From contig DAIENX010000007.1 of assembly GCA_027340875.1 (NCBI GenBank), forward strand, positions 64,001-128,000: a stretch of DNA of 64,000 bases, written 5' to 3'. The DNA comes from Elusimicrobiota bacterium (GTDB lineage Bacteria; Elusimicrobiota; Elusimicrobia; Elusimicrobiales; UBA9959). Under the pieces are notes generated by a model, which saw only the letters and a program-made list of their open reading frames with translations, searched no databases and had not been told where the DNA came from. A program made the translations under genes and the position numbers. The stretch's first letter is position 1. Each line of letters begins with the position of its first letter. Positions 37,725 through 46,837 of this stretch are shown piece by piece.

Positions 37725-38950
37725 GGAACCTTCTTGCGGCTCTGGCCCTGCTGCTGCCCGCCATCCCGGCTGGCGCGGCCGACCTGTCGCTCAAGGGTTT
37801 CCTCAAGACCTACCTGTATTCCACCGAGCCGGCCGCGGTGCGCGGCCTGCCCGGCCAGCCGGATGGCGCGTACGCCGCCAGCGAGACAAAGCTGCGGCTG
37901 AAGACCTACTGGGACAGTGGCGGTCCCCTTAAGGCCGAGGCCGCCTACGAGCTGATCTACGACTCCCGGGAAAAGGCACTGGCCGCCGCCAGGCCGTTAA
38001 CGGCCGGCTACGGCTACCGCGTCTCCGACCCCTCCCCCGTACTCGCTCCGGCCGCCGGAGGCGAGAGTTCCTCCGCCGCGCTGCTCCAGAACCTGGACCG
38101 GGCCTTCGTCACCTGGTCGCCGGCCGCTTTCGACCTGTACGCCGGCCGCCAGCCGCTGGCCTTCGGCTCCGGCCGCACCGTCAACCCCACGGACGTGCTG
38201 GCCCCTTACCCTTACGGCACCATAGACACCGAGGAGCGCCGCGGGGTGGACGCCCTCAGGCTCAAGCGGCCCCTTGGCGAGATGGGCGAGCTGGACGCCG
38301 GCTGGCTGCCGGGAAAGGACTGGTCCCGGAGCGATAGCGCGGCCTTCCTGCGGGCGCGGGACACCATCGGCCGGAACGACCTCACGGTCATAACCGCGGC
38401 CTTCCGCGGCAACCTGATGGCCGGCGGGGACCTGGAGCGCGACATAGGCGGCGCCACTTTCCGCGCCGAGGCGGCCCAGGTCTGGGCCGGCAGCTTACAG
38501 AACCGCCTGCCCGGCGACGACTTCTTCCGGCTGACCGCGGGAGCGGAGTACAACTTCCCCCTGCTGGGCGGCCTGGATTCCTGGCTGGAGTACCATTACA
38601 ACGGCGCCGGCAAGGACAAGCCGGCCGATTACCCCTCGCTGGCGGCCAGAACCGCCTACCGGGAGGCCAACGTCTACCTGCTGGGCAGGAACTACCTGTC
38701 CTGCGGGGCGGGGGCCCAGCTTTCCCCGCTGTTCTCGGCCTCAGCCGGCCTTATGGTCAACCTTGGGGACGGGTCCCTCTATGCCCTGCCCTCCGCGGAG
38801 TGGAACGCCGCCGAGAACCTATATCTCTCGGCGGGAGCGCTGCTGCCGTCCGGGCCGGGAGCCCGCCTCAGCGGCCTGGCCGCCCGCCCCGCCTCAGAGT
38901 TCGGGCTGTATGACAGGTCCCTCTACCTCTCCCTGAGGAAGTACTTCTAG
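37721..38950 (+). CDS. Probable outer-membrane beta-barrel partner of the ABC system
   Basis: Signal peptide, LDRAFV...AGRQ..AFG......NPTDV, GVDALR, terminal KYF. Confidence 0.7.
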   Translation: MRNLLAALALLLPAIPAGAADLSLKGFLKTYLYSTEPAAVRGLPGQPDGAYAASETKLRLKTYWDSGGPLKAEAAYELIYDSREKALAAARPLTAGYGYRVSDPSPVLAPAAGGESSSAALLQNLDRAFVTWSPAAFDLYAGRQPLAFGSGRTVNPTDVLAPYPYGTIDTEERRGVDALRLKRPLGEMGELDAGWLPGKDWSRSDSAAFLRARDTIGRNDLTVITAAFRGNLMAGGDLERDIGGATFRAEAAQVWAGSLQNRLPGDDFFRLTAGAEYNFPLLGGLDSWLEYHYNGAGKDKPADYPSLAARTAYREANVYLLGRNYLSCGAGAQLSPLFSASAGLMVNLGDGSLYALPSAEWNAAENLYLSAGALLPSGPGARLSGLAARPASEFGLYDRSLYLSLRKYF

Positions 38951-39079
38951 GGCCGCAGGCCGTTTTTCCGCGCTTTAGGGCCTTTATTTATTATAAAATA
39001 CAGGAATAGTGGCGGGACGCCCCCCAAAAAGGGCCTCCGGTCACAGGTTTTCATATTCAAATGTAAGGCAGGAAAGCTA

Positions 39080-39940
39080 ATGGCGAATAAAGTTCTGGCG
39101 GAAATAGGCGTGATCGGCGGTACCGGCCTGTACGCCATGCAGGAACTTAAGATCCTCCGGGAGATAAAGGTCAAAACCCCCTTCGGCGACCCCTCGGACA
39201 AGATAATCCTGGGCTCCATCTCCGGCATCAAGGTAGCCTTCCTCCCGCGCCACGGCCGCAAGCACCACCTGCTCCCGGGAGAGATAAACCAGCGCGCCAA
39301 CATGTGGGCGCTCAAGTCCATAGGCGTGAAGACCATCATCTCCGCCAGCGCGGTAGGCTCGCTCAAGGAAAAGCTGGCCCCCACCCATTTCGTCTTCCCC
39401 GACCAGTTCGTCGACAGGACCAAGGGCCGCCCCTCCACCTTCTTCGGCGGCGGCATAGTCGGCCACGTGCCCATGGCCGAGCCGTTCTGCATGGGCGTCT
39501 CCGACATGATATACAAGGAAGCCGTGAAACTGGGCATCAAGGCCCACAAGGGCGGTACCTATATCTGCATGGAGGGCCCCGGCTTCTCCACCAAGGCCGA
39601 GTCCGAATTCCATCGCAAGATGGGCTACGACATCATCGGCATGACGATGGCCACCGAGGCGAAGCTCGCCCGCGAGGCCGGCTTCCACTACGCTCCCGTC
39701 TCGCTGGTCACCGATTACGACTGCTGGAAGGAAGGCGAGGAAGTGGACCAGCACCAGGTCTCCGAGACCATGCACAAGAACATAGGCAATATCCGCCGCC
39801 TGCTGGTGAAGATACTGCCGCTGGTGGCCGAGGCCGGCTGCCGCAACGGCTGCCCGTCCTTCTCGAAGAACTCTTTGCTGACGCACCGGGAGAACTTCCC
39901 TCCGAAGACCTACAAGAAACTGAAGCTGATACTGGGATAA
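39080..39940 (+). CDS. mtnP: S-methyl-5'-thioadenosine phosphorylase
   Basis: IGVIGGTGLY, TPFG.PS, FLPRHG, EGPGFSTKAES, GMT..EAKLARE, VTDYDCW. Confidence 0.92.
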   Translation: MANKVLAEIGVIGGTGLYAMQELKILREIKVKTPFGDPSDKIILGSISGIKVAFLPRHGRKHHLLPGEINQRANMWALKSIGVKTIISASAVGSLKEKLAPTHFVFPDQFVDRTKGRPSTFFGGGIVGHVPMAEPFCMGVSDMIYKEAVKLGIKAHKGGTYICMEGPGFSTKAESEFHRKMGYDIIGMTMATEAKLAREAGFHYAPVSLVTDYDCWKEGEEVDQHQVSETMHKNIGNIRRLLVKILPLVAEAGCRNGCPSFSKNSLLTHRENFPPKTYKKLKLILG

Positions 39941-39944
39941 GACA

Positions 39945-40385
39945 ATGGCCAAGAAGACAGCAGGGAAAAAAGAGCGCGGGAACTGGAAGCTGCGCCTGAT
40001 AGAGGCGGCCAAGTCGGCGCAGAAGAAGGCCTACTGCCCCTATTCCCGCTACCCCGTCGGCGCGGCGGTGCTGACCGATTCCGGCAGGCTCTACACCGGC
40101 TGCAACGTGGAGAACGCCTCGTTCGGGCTGGCGATGTGCGCGGAGCGGGTGGCCATCTTCAAGGCCGTCAGCCACGGCGACAAGAAGATCAAGGCCGTCT
40201 GCGTGGCGGCCAAGTCCGCCAAGCCCTGCGGCGCCTGCCGGCAGGTGATAATAGAGTTCGCCCCCAAGGACGCGGACATAATCTACGTGGACTGGTTCCC
40301 GATGGCCAAGAAGCAGAAAGTTACCTACACCAAGGCCGGCAAACTGCTGCCGCAGGCCTTCGACCCGTCGGAAGCGGGATTGTAA
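39945..40385 (+). CDS. cdd: Cytidine deaminase
   Basis: AYCPYS..VGAA, GCNVENAS, CAERVA, PCGACRQ. Confidence 0.93.
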   Translation: MAKKTAGKKERGNWKLRLIEAAKSAQKKAYCPYSRYPVGAAVLTDSGRLYTGCNVENASFGLAMCAERVAIFKAVSHGDKKIKAVCVAAKSAKPCGACRQVIIEFAPKDADIIYVDWFPMAKKQKVTYTKAGKLLPQAFDPSEAGL

Positions 40386-40405
40386 AATTTACTGGAGGTG
40401 CATTT

Positions 40406-40783
40406 ATGGACGTCAAGACCCTTACTAAGATCACCAAGTGGATGGAATCCACCGACCTAGAGGAGATAACCTGGAGGAGCGGGGACGACAAGATCTCGCT
40501 GAAGCTCAACAACAACCCGGAGCACAACGCCTCGATCTCCTCGTCGATGGAGCCCGTGCTCTCCCCTTCCATAGGCATATTCCGCTTCGCCCGCCCTGGC
40601 AAGACCAACCATCTGAAGGAGGGCTCCTCCATGAAGTCCGGCCAGGAGCTCGGCGTGGTGGAGGTGGGCAAGGAATTCAAGAGCGTGCAGGCGCCCGCGA
40701 ACGGCCTGCTGAAGATCATCTCGATCTCCGACGGCAAGCCGGTGGAATACGGCCAGCCGTTGTTCTTCTTCGAGCCCAAGTAA
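40406..40783 (+). CDS. Biotin carboxyl carrier protein-like (AccB-like), atypical biotinylation motif
   Basis: AccB-like N-terminus, SPSIGIF, VEYGQPLF; EVGKEF in place of EAMKM; GGAGG SD. Confidence 0.75.
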   Translation: MDVKTLTKITKWMESTDLEEITWRSGDDKISLKLNNNPEHNASISSSMEPVLSPSIGIFRFARPGKTNHLKEGSSMKSGQELGVVEVGKEFKSVQAPANGLLKIISISDGKPVEYGQPLFFFEPK

Positions 40784-40834
40784 GCTACGCCCACCGCCCC
40801 GGCCCCCCCGCGGCCGGGCGCCGGGCGCCCATAC

Positions 40835-42526
40835 ATGACCTCCAAGCCATCGACAATCAAGTGTCCGAAGTGCGGCAGCCAGCCGAACATCATCACCGAC
40901 ACCTGCATGAACTGCGGCTCGAAGCTGGAGAAGATCTGCGGCGAGTGCGGCGCAGCCGTGGCGGTGGAGAAGAACTACTGCGACAAATGCGGCTCGCTGC
41001 TGGCCCTGCAGCCGCCGCCAAGGCCCGATGCCCCGGGAACCCCTCCGCCGCCGCCCGCTCCGGAAAAAAGGGGATTCAGCCTGGAGATGGAATCCATCCA
41101 GGACACCGTATCCGAGAGGGCGACCTCCTTCCGCCGCAAGGTGGACACCGGGCCCGCTCCGGCAGGTCCGGCCGCCCCGCCGCCGCCCGCTTCCAAACCG
41201 GCCGCCTCGGGACGCTCGTCCAAGGGAGGAGGCAGCGTGCTCAGCCCGGATTCCGCCCGCCTGATGAAACAGGCGCCTCTGCCGCGGCCGGTCAGGCCCC
41301 CCATGCTCAAGAAAGTGACCGGCGCGCTGGTCACGGTCCTGCTGCTGGGCGTGCTGAGCGCCATACTCTACATGATAGCCGCGCCGTCGCTGCCAAAGCT
41401 GCGCCTGATAATGACGGCCAAGGCCTACCTCTCCGACATCTCAGAGGGCAAGTTCGAGAAGGCCTACTCGCTGCTCTCGACCAATTCCAAGGCGGCCTGC
41501 TCGCTAGAGGAATACCTCAAGAACAGCTCCGACTACTACGCTAAGGCCCCCGCCTGGCAGTTCAAGGACGTAGAGGTCTTCGCAATGACCAGCGATTCGG
41601 CGATGATCCGCTACATGCTCAAGGAGGGGAACGGGGAGTGGAAGTACGACTTCATCTCCTTCGTGCGCGAGAACAACCGCTGGACCCGCCCCTACATCTG
41701 GGTGCTGTTCCAGCCCATAGACGACGCGCTTAAGCGCCACGACTTTCCGCAGGCCCTGTTCCTGGCGCAGAAACTTTACCTTACCGATCCGGTGGATCCC
41801 CGCACCTCCGGCTATCTCTGCGACGCCGAGTTCTTCATGGGCCTGCACGAGAAGGCCGTGGATTCCTGTAAGCGCATGATAGACAACGCGGCCATCTACC
41901 CGGTTGGCTATACCAGCGCGGAACTGTTCCAGTACAACTCCCATTACGCCGACAGCCTGCGCTTCCTGCAGCGCGACCGGGTGGCCCTCCAGGAGTACGA
42001 CAAGCTGCTCAAATGGCCCGGCGCCACCTCCGACCAGCTCTGCCCGGTGCACCTGAACCGCGCCGATTCATTCGTCTACCTGAAGGAGTACGACCGCGCC
42101 CTCAGGGAACTGATGGACGCCTCCAGCCTCTGCACGCAGAGCCCGGCCAAGGAGTCCACGCGGACCAGGCTTTACTATATGAGCGGTTCCGCCGGCCCGG
42201 CAGCCGTGGCCTTCGCCCAAAAATCCCGCTTCCAGCCCGGCCAGCCGCCGATAGGAGAGGCGCGCAGCAAGGAGCTGGCGGATCTGAAGGCAAAGCTGGG
42301 CCCGAGGAACGCCAGGCTCCTGCCCAAGGACCAGTGGATGGCCGTGCACGTGGCGGGCCCCGAATACCGCGTCTTCCTGCGCCAGGAGGGCATCAACCTC
42401 AGGACGAAGAAGTCCGAGACGCAGACCCTTTACACTTTCCTGGTAAACCTCTGGACCGGCAGGGCGACCGTGGAGAAGGCCCCCGGCCAGGATAAGCCCG
42501 GAGAAGTATCTCCGGACGGCAAATAG
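40835..42526 (+). CDS. Zinc-ribbon / Pro-rich / TM / TPR-like protein
   Basis: Four CxxC pairs at the N-terminus, Pro-rich linker, one TM, TPR-like helices. Confidence 0.7.
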   Translation: MTSKPSTIKCPKCGSQPNIITDTCMNCGSKLEKICGECGAAVAVEKNYCDKCGSLLALQPPPRPDAPGTPPPPPAPEKRGFSLEMESIQDTVSERATSFRRKVDTGPAPAGPAAPPPPASKPAASGRSSKGGGSVLSPDSARLMKQAPLPRPVRPPMLKKVTGALVTVLLLGVLSAILYMIAAPSLPKLRLIMTAKAYLSDISEGKFEKAYSLLSTNSKAACSLEEYLKNSSDYYAKAPAWQFKDVEVFAMTSDSAMIRYMLKEGNGEWKYDFISFVRENNRWTRPYIWVLFQPIDDALKRHDFPQALFLAQKLYLTDPVDPRTSGYLCDAEFFMGLHEKAVDSCKRMIDNAAIYPVGYTSAELFQYNSHYADSLRFLQRDRVALQEYDKLLKWPGATSDQLCPVHLNRADSFVYLKEYDRALRELMDASSLCTQSPAKESTRTRLYYMSGSAGPAAVAFAQKSRFQPGQPPIGEARSKELADLKAKLGPRNARLLPKDQWMAVHVAGPEYRVFLRQEGINLRTKKSETQTLYTFLVNLWTGRATVEKAPGQDKPGEVSPDGK

Positions 42527-42543
42527 TTGATCTTGGAGGCAAT

Positions 42544-43902
42544 ATGTTCAAGAAAGTACTGATCGCCAACCGCGGCGAGATAGCGGTACGGGTGATACGC
42601 ACCCTGCGCGAGATGGGCGTAAGCTCGGTGGCGGTGTACTCCGAGGCCGACCGCTCCTCCCTGCACGTCCGGCTGGCGGACGAGGCGGTCTGCATAGGCC
42701 CGGCCATAGCCAAGGAGAGCTACCTCAGCATACCGGCCATCATCTCCGCCGCCACGGTCACCGGCGCCGACGCCATACACCCCGGCTACGGCTTCCTGTC
42801 CGAGAACGCGGACTTCTCCGCCGCCTGCCGCGACAACGGTCTCGCGTTCATCGGGCCGTCCCCCAAGTCCATACAGCAGCTGGGCCACAAGGCCGAGGCC
42901 CGCAAGGTGGCCATGAAGGCCGGCGTGCCCGTGACCCCGGGCACCAAAGAATGCGTGGGCAGGAACTTCAAGAGCGAGGCCGAGAAGATCGGCTTCCCGC
43001 TGATGATCAAGGCAGCCGCCGGCGGCGGCGGCAAGGGCATCCGCATCGTGCGCGAGGAGTCCCAGCTGGAGAAGGAAATGACGATGGCCTCCAGCGAGGC
43101 CAAGGCCGCCTTCGGCAACGGCGAGGTCTATTTCGAGAAGTACATCGAGCTGCCGCGCCACATAGAAGTGCAGTTCGCGCGCGACACGCACGGCCACACG
43201 CTGGCCTTCCCGGAGCGCGACTGCTCCATACAGCGCCGTCATCAGAAGCTGGTGGAGGAATCCCCCTCGCCTGCGGTGGACAAGAAACTGCGCGAGAAGC
43301 TGGAGGAGGCCGCCGTTAAGCTGGCCAACGCCGCCAACTACGTGGGCGTGGGCACCGTGGAATTCCTGCTGACGCAGACCGGCGAGTTCTATTTCATGGA
43401 GGTCAACACGCGCCTGCAGGTCGAGCACCCGGTCACCGAGTTCATCACCGGCTTCGACCTGGTGCGCGAGCAGCTGCTGGCCGCCTCCGGGGAGAGCCTC
43501 TCCTACACGGCCTCCCACAGCGTGCCGTACCGCGGCCACGCGATAGAGCACCGCGTCAACGCCGAGGATTTCTCCAGGAACTTCCTGCCGTCCGTGGGCC
43601 GGGTAGAGGAGTGGCTCGTCCCCGGCGGCCCCGGCATACGGGTGGACACGCACGTCTATTCCGGCTACAACCTCCCTATCTATTACGACAGCATGCTGGC
43701 CAAACTGATAGTCTGGGACCAGACCCGCGAGCTGGCGGTCGCCAGGTCGGCCAGGGCCCTGAGGGACTTCAAGGTCTCCGGCATAAAGACCACGATAGAC
43801 GCCCACCGCCTGATAGTGCAGAGCGAGGGCTTCAAGACCGGCAAGACCGACACCGGCTTCATGGAACGCCTGCTCGCTCCCGCGGAGGCCGCCGGCAAGT
43901 AG
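42544..43902 (+). CDS. accC: Acetyl-CoA carboxylase biotin carboxylase subunit
   Basis: ANRGEIA, HPGYGFLSEN, GGGGKG, RDCSIQRRHQK, EVNTRLQVEH, YYDSMLAK. Confidence 0.95.
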   Translation: MFKKVLIANRGEIAVRVIRTLREMGVSSVAVYSEADRSSLHVRLADEAVCIGPAIAKESYLSIPAIISAATVTGADAIHPGYGFLSENADFSAACRDNGLAFIGPSPKSIQQLGHKAEARKVAMKAGVPVTPGTKECVGRNFKSEAEKIGFPLMIKAAAGGGGKGIRIVREESQLEKEMTMASSEAKAAFGNGEVYFEKYIELPRHIEVQFARDTHGHTLAFPERDCSIQRRHQKLVEESPSPAVDKKLREKLEEAAVKLANAANYVGVGTVEFLLTQTGEFYFMEVNTRLQVEHPVTEFITGFDLVREQLLAASGESLSYTASHSVPYRGHAIEHRVNAEDFSRNFLPSVGRVEEWLVPGGPGIRVDTHVYSGYNLPIYYDSMLAKLIVWDQTRELAVARSARALRDFKVSGIKTTIDAHRLIVQSEGFKTGKTDTGFMERLLAPAEAAGK

Positions 43903-44370
43903 ATGCGCACCACCGGCAAAATAGTCCCTCTCAAGAAGGCGCTGGCACTGCGGGCCGCGCTCAGGAAGGCGGGCAGGATGGCGGTCTTCACCAACGGCTG
44001 CTTCGACCTGCTGCACGCCGGACATATCTATTCTATCGAAAAGGCCCGCTCTTTCGGGGATTTCCTCTTCCTCGGCCTCAATTCCGACGCTTCGGTGCGC
44101 CGCCTCAAGGGCCCCGCCCGTCCGATCAATAAGGCGCGGGACAGGGCTCTGGTGCTGGCCGCCCTGCAGGCCGTGGACGCCGTGGTCGTATTCGGAGAAG
44201 ATACCCCCCTGAAGCTGATAAAAGCCCTCAGGCCTGACGTGCTGGTAAAAGGCGCGGATTATACCAACGGTACCGTCGTGGGAGCCGAGTATGCCGGCAT
44301 GGTAAGGCTGGTACCCCTGCTGAAGGGACGCTCGACCACCGCGCTGGCCAGGAAACTCTGCCGCTCCTGA
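43903..44370 (+). CDS. Heptose-1-phosphate adenylyltransferase (RfaE domain II / HldC)
   Basis: FTNGCFDLLHAGH, LNSDASVRRLKG..RP, KGADY, STT. Confidence 0.9.
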   Translation: MRTTGKIVPLKKALALRAALRKAGRMAVFTNGCFDLLHAGHIYSIEKARSFGDFLFLGLNSDASVRRLKGPARPINKARDRALVLAALQAVDAVVVFGEDTPLKLIKALRPDVLVKGADYTNGTVVGAEYAGMVRLVPLLKGRSTTALARKLCRS

Positions 44371-44412
44371 CCCCCATTTTTTCCCCTAAAGCTCCCCCCA
44401 ATTTAATAAAAT

Positions 44413-45636
44413 ATGACGATATTACCTATGACCGACATTTTCGACAAGTGCCGCAGCTTCACCATCGCCCGCCAGCTCATCGAGTCGGGCATCTACCCCT
44501 ATTTCAAGGAACTCGAGTCCGAACAGGCCCCGGAAGTGACCATACAGGGCAAGAAGTTCATCATGTTCGGCTCCAACAACTACCTGGGTCTCGCGAACGA
44601 CCCCCGCATGAAGCAGGCCGCCATAGACGCGGTCAAGAAGTACGGGACCGGCGTGGCCGGCTCGCGCTTCCTGAACGGCAACACCGTGCTGCACACGGAC
44701 CTGGAAAAGAAGCTGGCCGCCTTCAAAGGCCGCGAGGCCGCCCTGATCTACGCCACCGGCTACCAGATGAACCTGGGCGTGGTCAGCGCCCTGGTCGGCA
44801 AGGGAGATTTCGCGGTGGTCGACAAGCTTGACCACGCCAGCATCCTGGACGGCTGCCGCCTGTCGCACGGCGAGGTGCGCCGCTTCAAGCACAACAATCC
44901 CGCCGACCTGGACCGCGTCCTGAAGGACATCGGCCCCGGCCACGGCAAGCTGGTCATAGTGGACGGCGTCTTCTCTATGGAAGGCGACATCTCCCCCGTC
45001 CCGGAGATCTCCAAGGTCTGCAAGAAGCACGGCGCGCGCCTGATGGTGGACGACGCGCACGCCACCGGCGTGCTCGGCAAGCACGGCCACGGCACTATGG
45101 AGCATTTCGGCCTCACCAGCAAGGACGTGGACCTGGTGGTAGGCACCTGCTCGAAGTCCTTCGCCTCGGTAGGCGGCTTCGTGGTGGGCGACGAGGACAT
45201 CATCCACTACATCCAGCACGTTTCCCGCTCGATGATCTTCTCGGCGGCCCTGCCGCCCTCCTCGGTGGCCTCCATCGCAAAGGCCATAGACATCATCCAG
45301 GAAGAACCCCAGCGCATCAGAAAGCTCTGGGACAACTCCGCCTACCTGATGAAGCGCTTCAAGGCCCTCGGCCTCAACACCGGCGAGACCGCCACCCCGA
45401 TCATCCCGGTCATCATCGGCGACAACGAGAAGACCTTCATGCTTTGGCGCATGCTCTACGACAACGGCCTGTTCACCAACCCGGTGGTCAGCCCGGCCGT
45501 GCCCCCAAAGCGGTCGCTCTTGCGCGTAGTGGTCACGGCCACACATACCCGTGAGCAGCTGGACAACGCGCTGGACATCTTCGAAGGCTGCGTCAGGAAG
45601 GTCATAAAGACCAGGCCTGCCCACGCGGCCAAATAG
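44413..45636 (+). CDS. spt: PLP-dependent alpha-oxoamine synthase, probable serine palmitoyltransferase
   Basis: IYPYF, MFGSNNYLGL, YGTG.AGSRFLNG, DGVFSMEGD, DDAH, GTCSKS; adjacent to a bCerS-like gene. Start may be 44428. Confidence 0.75.
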   Translation: MTILPMTDIFDKCRSFTIARQLIESGIYPYFKELESEQAPEVTIQGKKFIMFGSNNYLGLANDPRMKQAAIDAVKKYGTGVAGSRFLNGNTVLHTDLEKKLAAFKGREAALIYATGYQMNLGVVSALVGKGDFAVVDKLDHASILDGCRLSHGEVRRFKHNNPADLDRVLKDIGPGHGKLVIVDGVFSMEGDISPVPEISKVCKKHGARLMVDDAHATGVLGKHGHGTMEHFGLTSKDVDLVVGTCSKSFASVGGFVVGDEDIIHYIQHVSRSMIFSAALPPSSVASIAKAIDIIQEEPQRIRKLWDNSAYLMKRFKALGLNTGETATPIIPVIIGDNEKTFMLWRMLYDNGLFTNPVVSPAVPPKRSLLRVVVTATHTREQLDNALDIFEGCVRKVIKTRPAHAAK

Positions 45637-45648
45637 ACGGGCCCAGCC

Positions 45649-46761
45649 ATGCCCGCCGAAATAAGGGAAATACCCGAGAGCGACCTCGGCCTGTTCGTAG
45701 ACTACCCGTATAACCTGTTCAGGGACAACCCTTTCTGGGCCGCCGACCTCAAAAAGGACGTCGCGCACCTGCTGCATACCGGCCACCCCTTCTGGCGGCA
45801 CGGCGAACGCAAGATGTTCATGGCCTGCAGGGACGGCCGCCCGGTCGGGCGCATAGCCGCCATAGTCAACCACGCCTACAACAATTTCCACGGCGACCGC
45901 ACCGGCTTCTTCGGCTTCTTCGACTGCGAGGACGACAAGGAGGCCGCGGCGCAGCTGTTCTCGGCCGCCGGGGCCTGGCTTAAGGCCCGCGGCATGGACT
46001 GCTCGATAGGACCGGTCAATCCCTCAACCAACGAGACCTGCGGCATGCTCTCGGAAGGCTTCGACTTCCCCCCCGTGGTCATGATGCCGTACAATCCGCC
46101 TTATTACCTCGCGCTGGCCGAGACGGCCGGCTACGGCAAGGCCAAGGACCTCTACGCCTACAATTACGAGACGGCCAACGGGTTCCCGGAGCGCTTCGAC
46201 AAGATACTGTCACGCATGACCCGGGACGGCAAGGTCACCGTCCATTTCGCCGACGTCAAGGACATCAACGGGGCGCTGGGCGAGGTCAAGGACGTCTACA
46301 ACTCGGCCTGGGAGAAGAACTGGGGCTTCGTGCCGATGACCGACGAGGAACTCGACGACATGGCGGCGGCCTTCAAGCCGGTGCTGAAGCCGGAATACCT
46401 CTTCTTCGCGCGCTACGAGGGCAAGCCCGCCGCCTTCTGCCTGATGCTGCCCGACTTCAACATAGCCCTGAAGCCGGTCCGCGGCTCCCTCAATCCGCTC
46501 AACATACTGCCCTTCCTCTACCGGTTCACCTACAAGCTCGACCGCGGCCGCATGCTCACCCTGGGGGTAAAGAAGGAATTCCGGGGAAAGGGCATAGAGC
46601 TGCTGCTGATAAAACAGGCCCTCCTCTCGGCCAAAAAGCTGGGCTGGAAGTCCGCCGAACTCTCCTGGACGCTCGAGAACAACGAGCTTATCAACAACAC
46701 CATCGAAGCTATAGGCGGCAAACTCTACCGCAAGTACCGCATCTACCGCAAGGACCTGTAA
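45649..46761 (+). CDS. Tandem-GNAT protein, probable bacterial ceramide synthase (bCerS/YghO family)
   Basis: GRIAAI, GFFGFFDC, GP.NPSTNE.CG...GFD.PP..MMPYNPPYY, WEKNWGFVPMT, ELSWTLENN, YRKYRIY. Confidence 0.75.
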   Translation: MPAEIREIPESDLGLFVDYPYNLFRDNPFWAADLKKDVAHLLHTGHPFWRHGERKMFMACRDGRPVGRIAAIVNHAYNNFHGDRTGFFGFFDCEDDKEAAAQLFSAAGAWLKARGMDCSIGPVNPSTNETCGMLSEGFDFPPVVMMPYNPPYYLALAETAGYGKAKDLYAYNYETANGFPERFDKILSRMTRDGKVTVHFADVKDINGALGEVKDVYNSAWEKNWGFVPMTDEELDDMAAAFKPVLKPEYLFFARYEGKPAAFCLMLPDFNIALKPVRGSLNPLNILPFLYRFTYKLDRGRMLTLGVKKEFRGKGIELLLIKQALLSAKKLGWKSAELSWTLENNELINNTIEAIGGKLYRKYRIYRKDL

Positions 46762-46837
46762 GGGCTGCCCGGCCAGGGGGGCGCGGGTTTAATCATTTTG
46801 TAATCATTTCTTAACCACCGCGGGGTATAATAATACC

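Noticed and set aside
44413..45636. bioF / kbl annotation
   Set aside because: No bio or tdh genes nearby; motifs and the adjacent bCerS-like gene favour Spt, though not proven.
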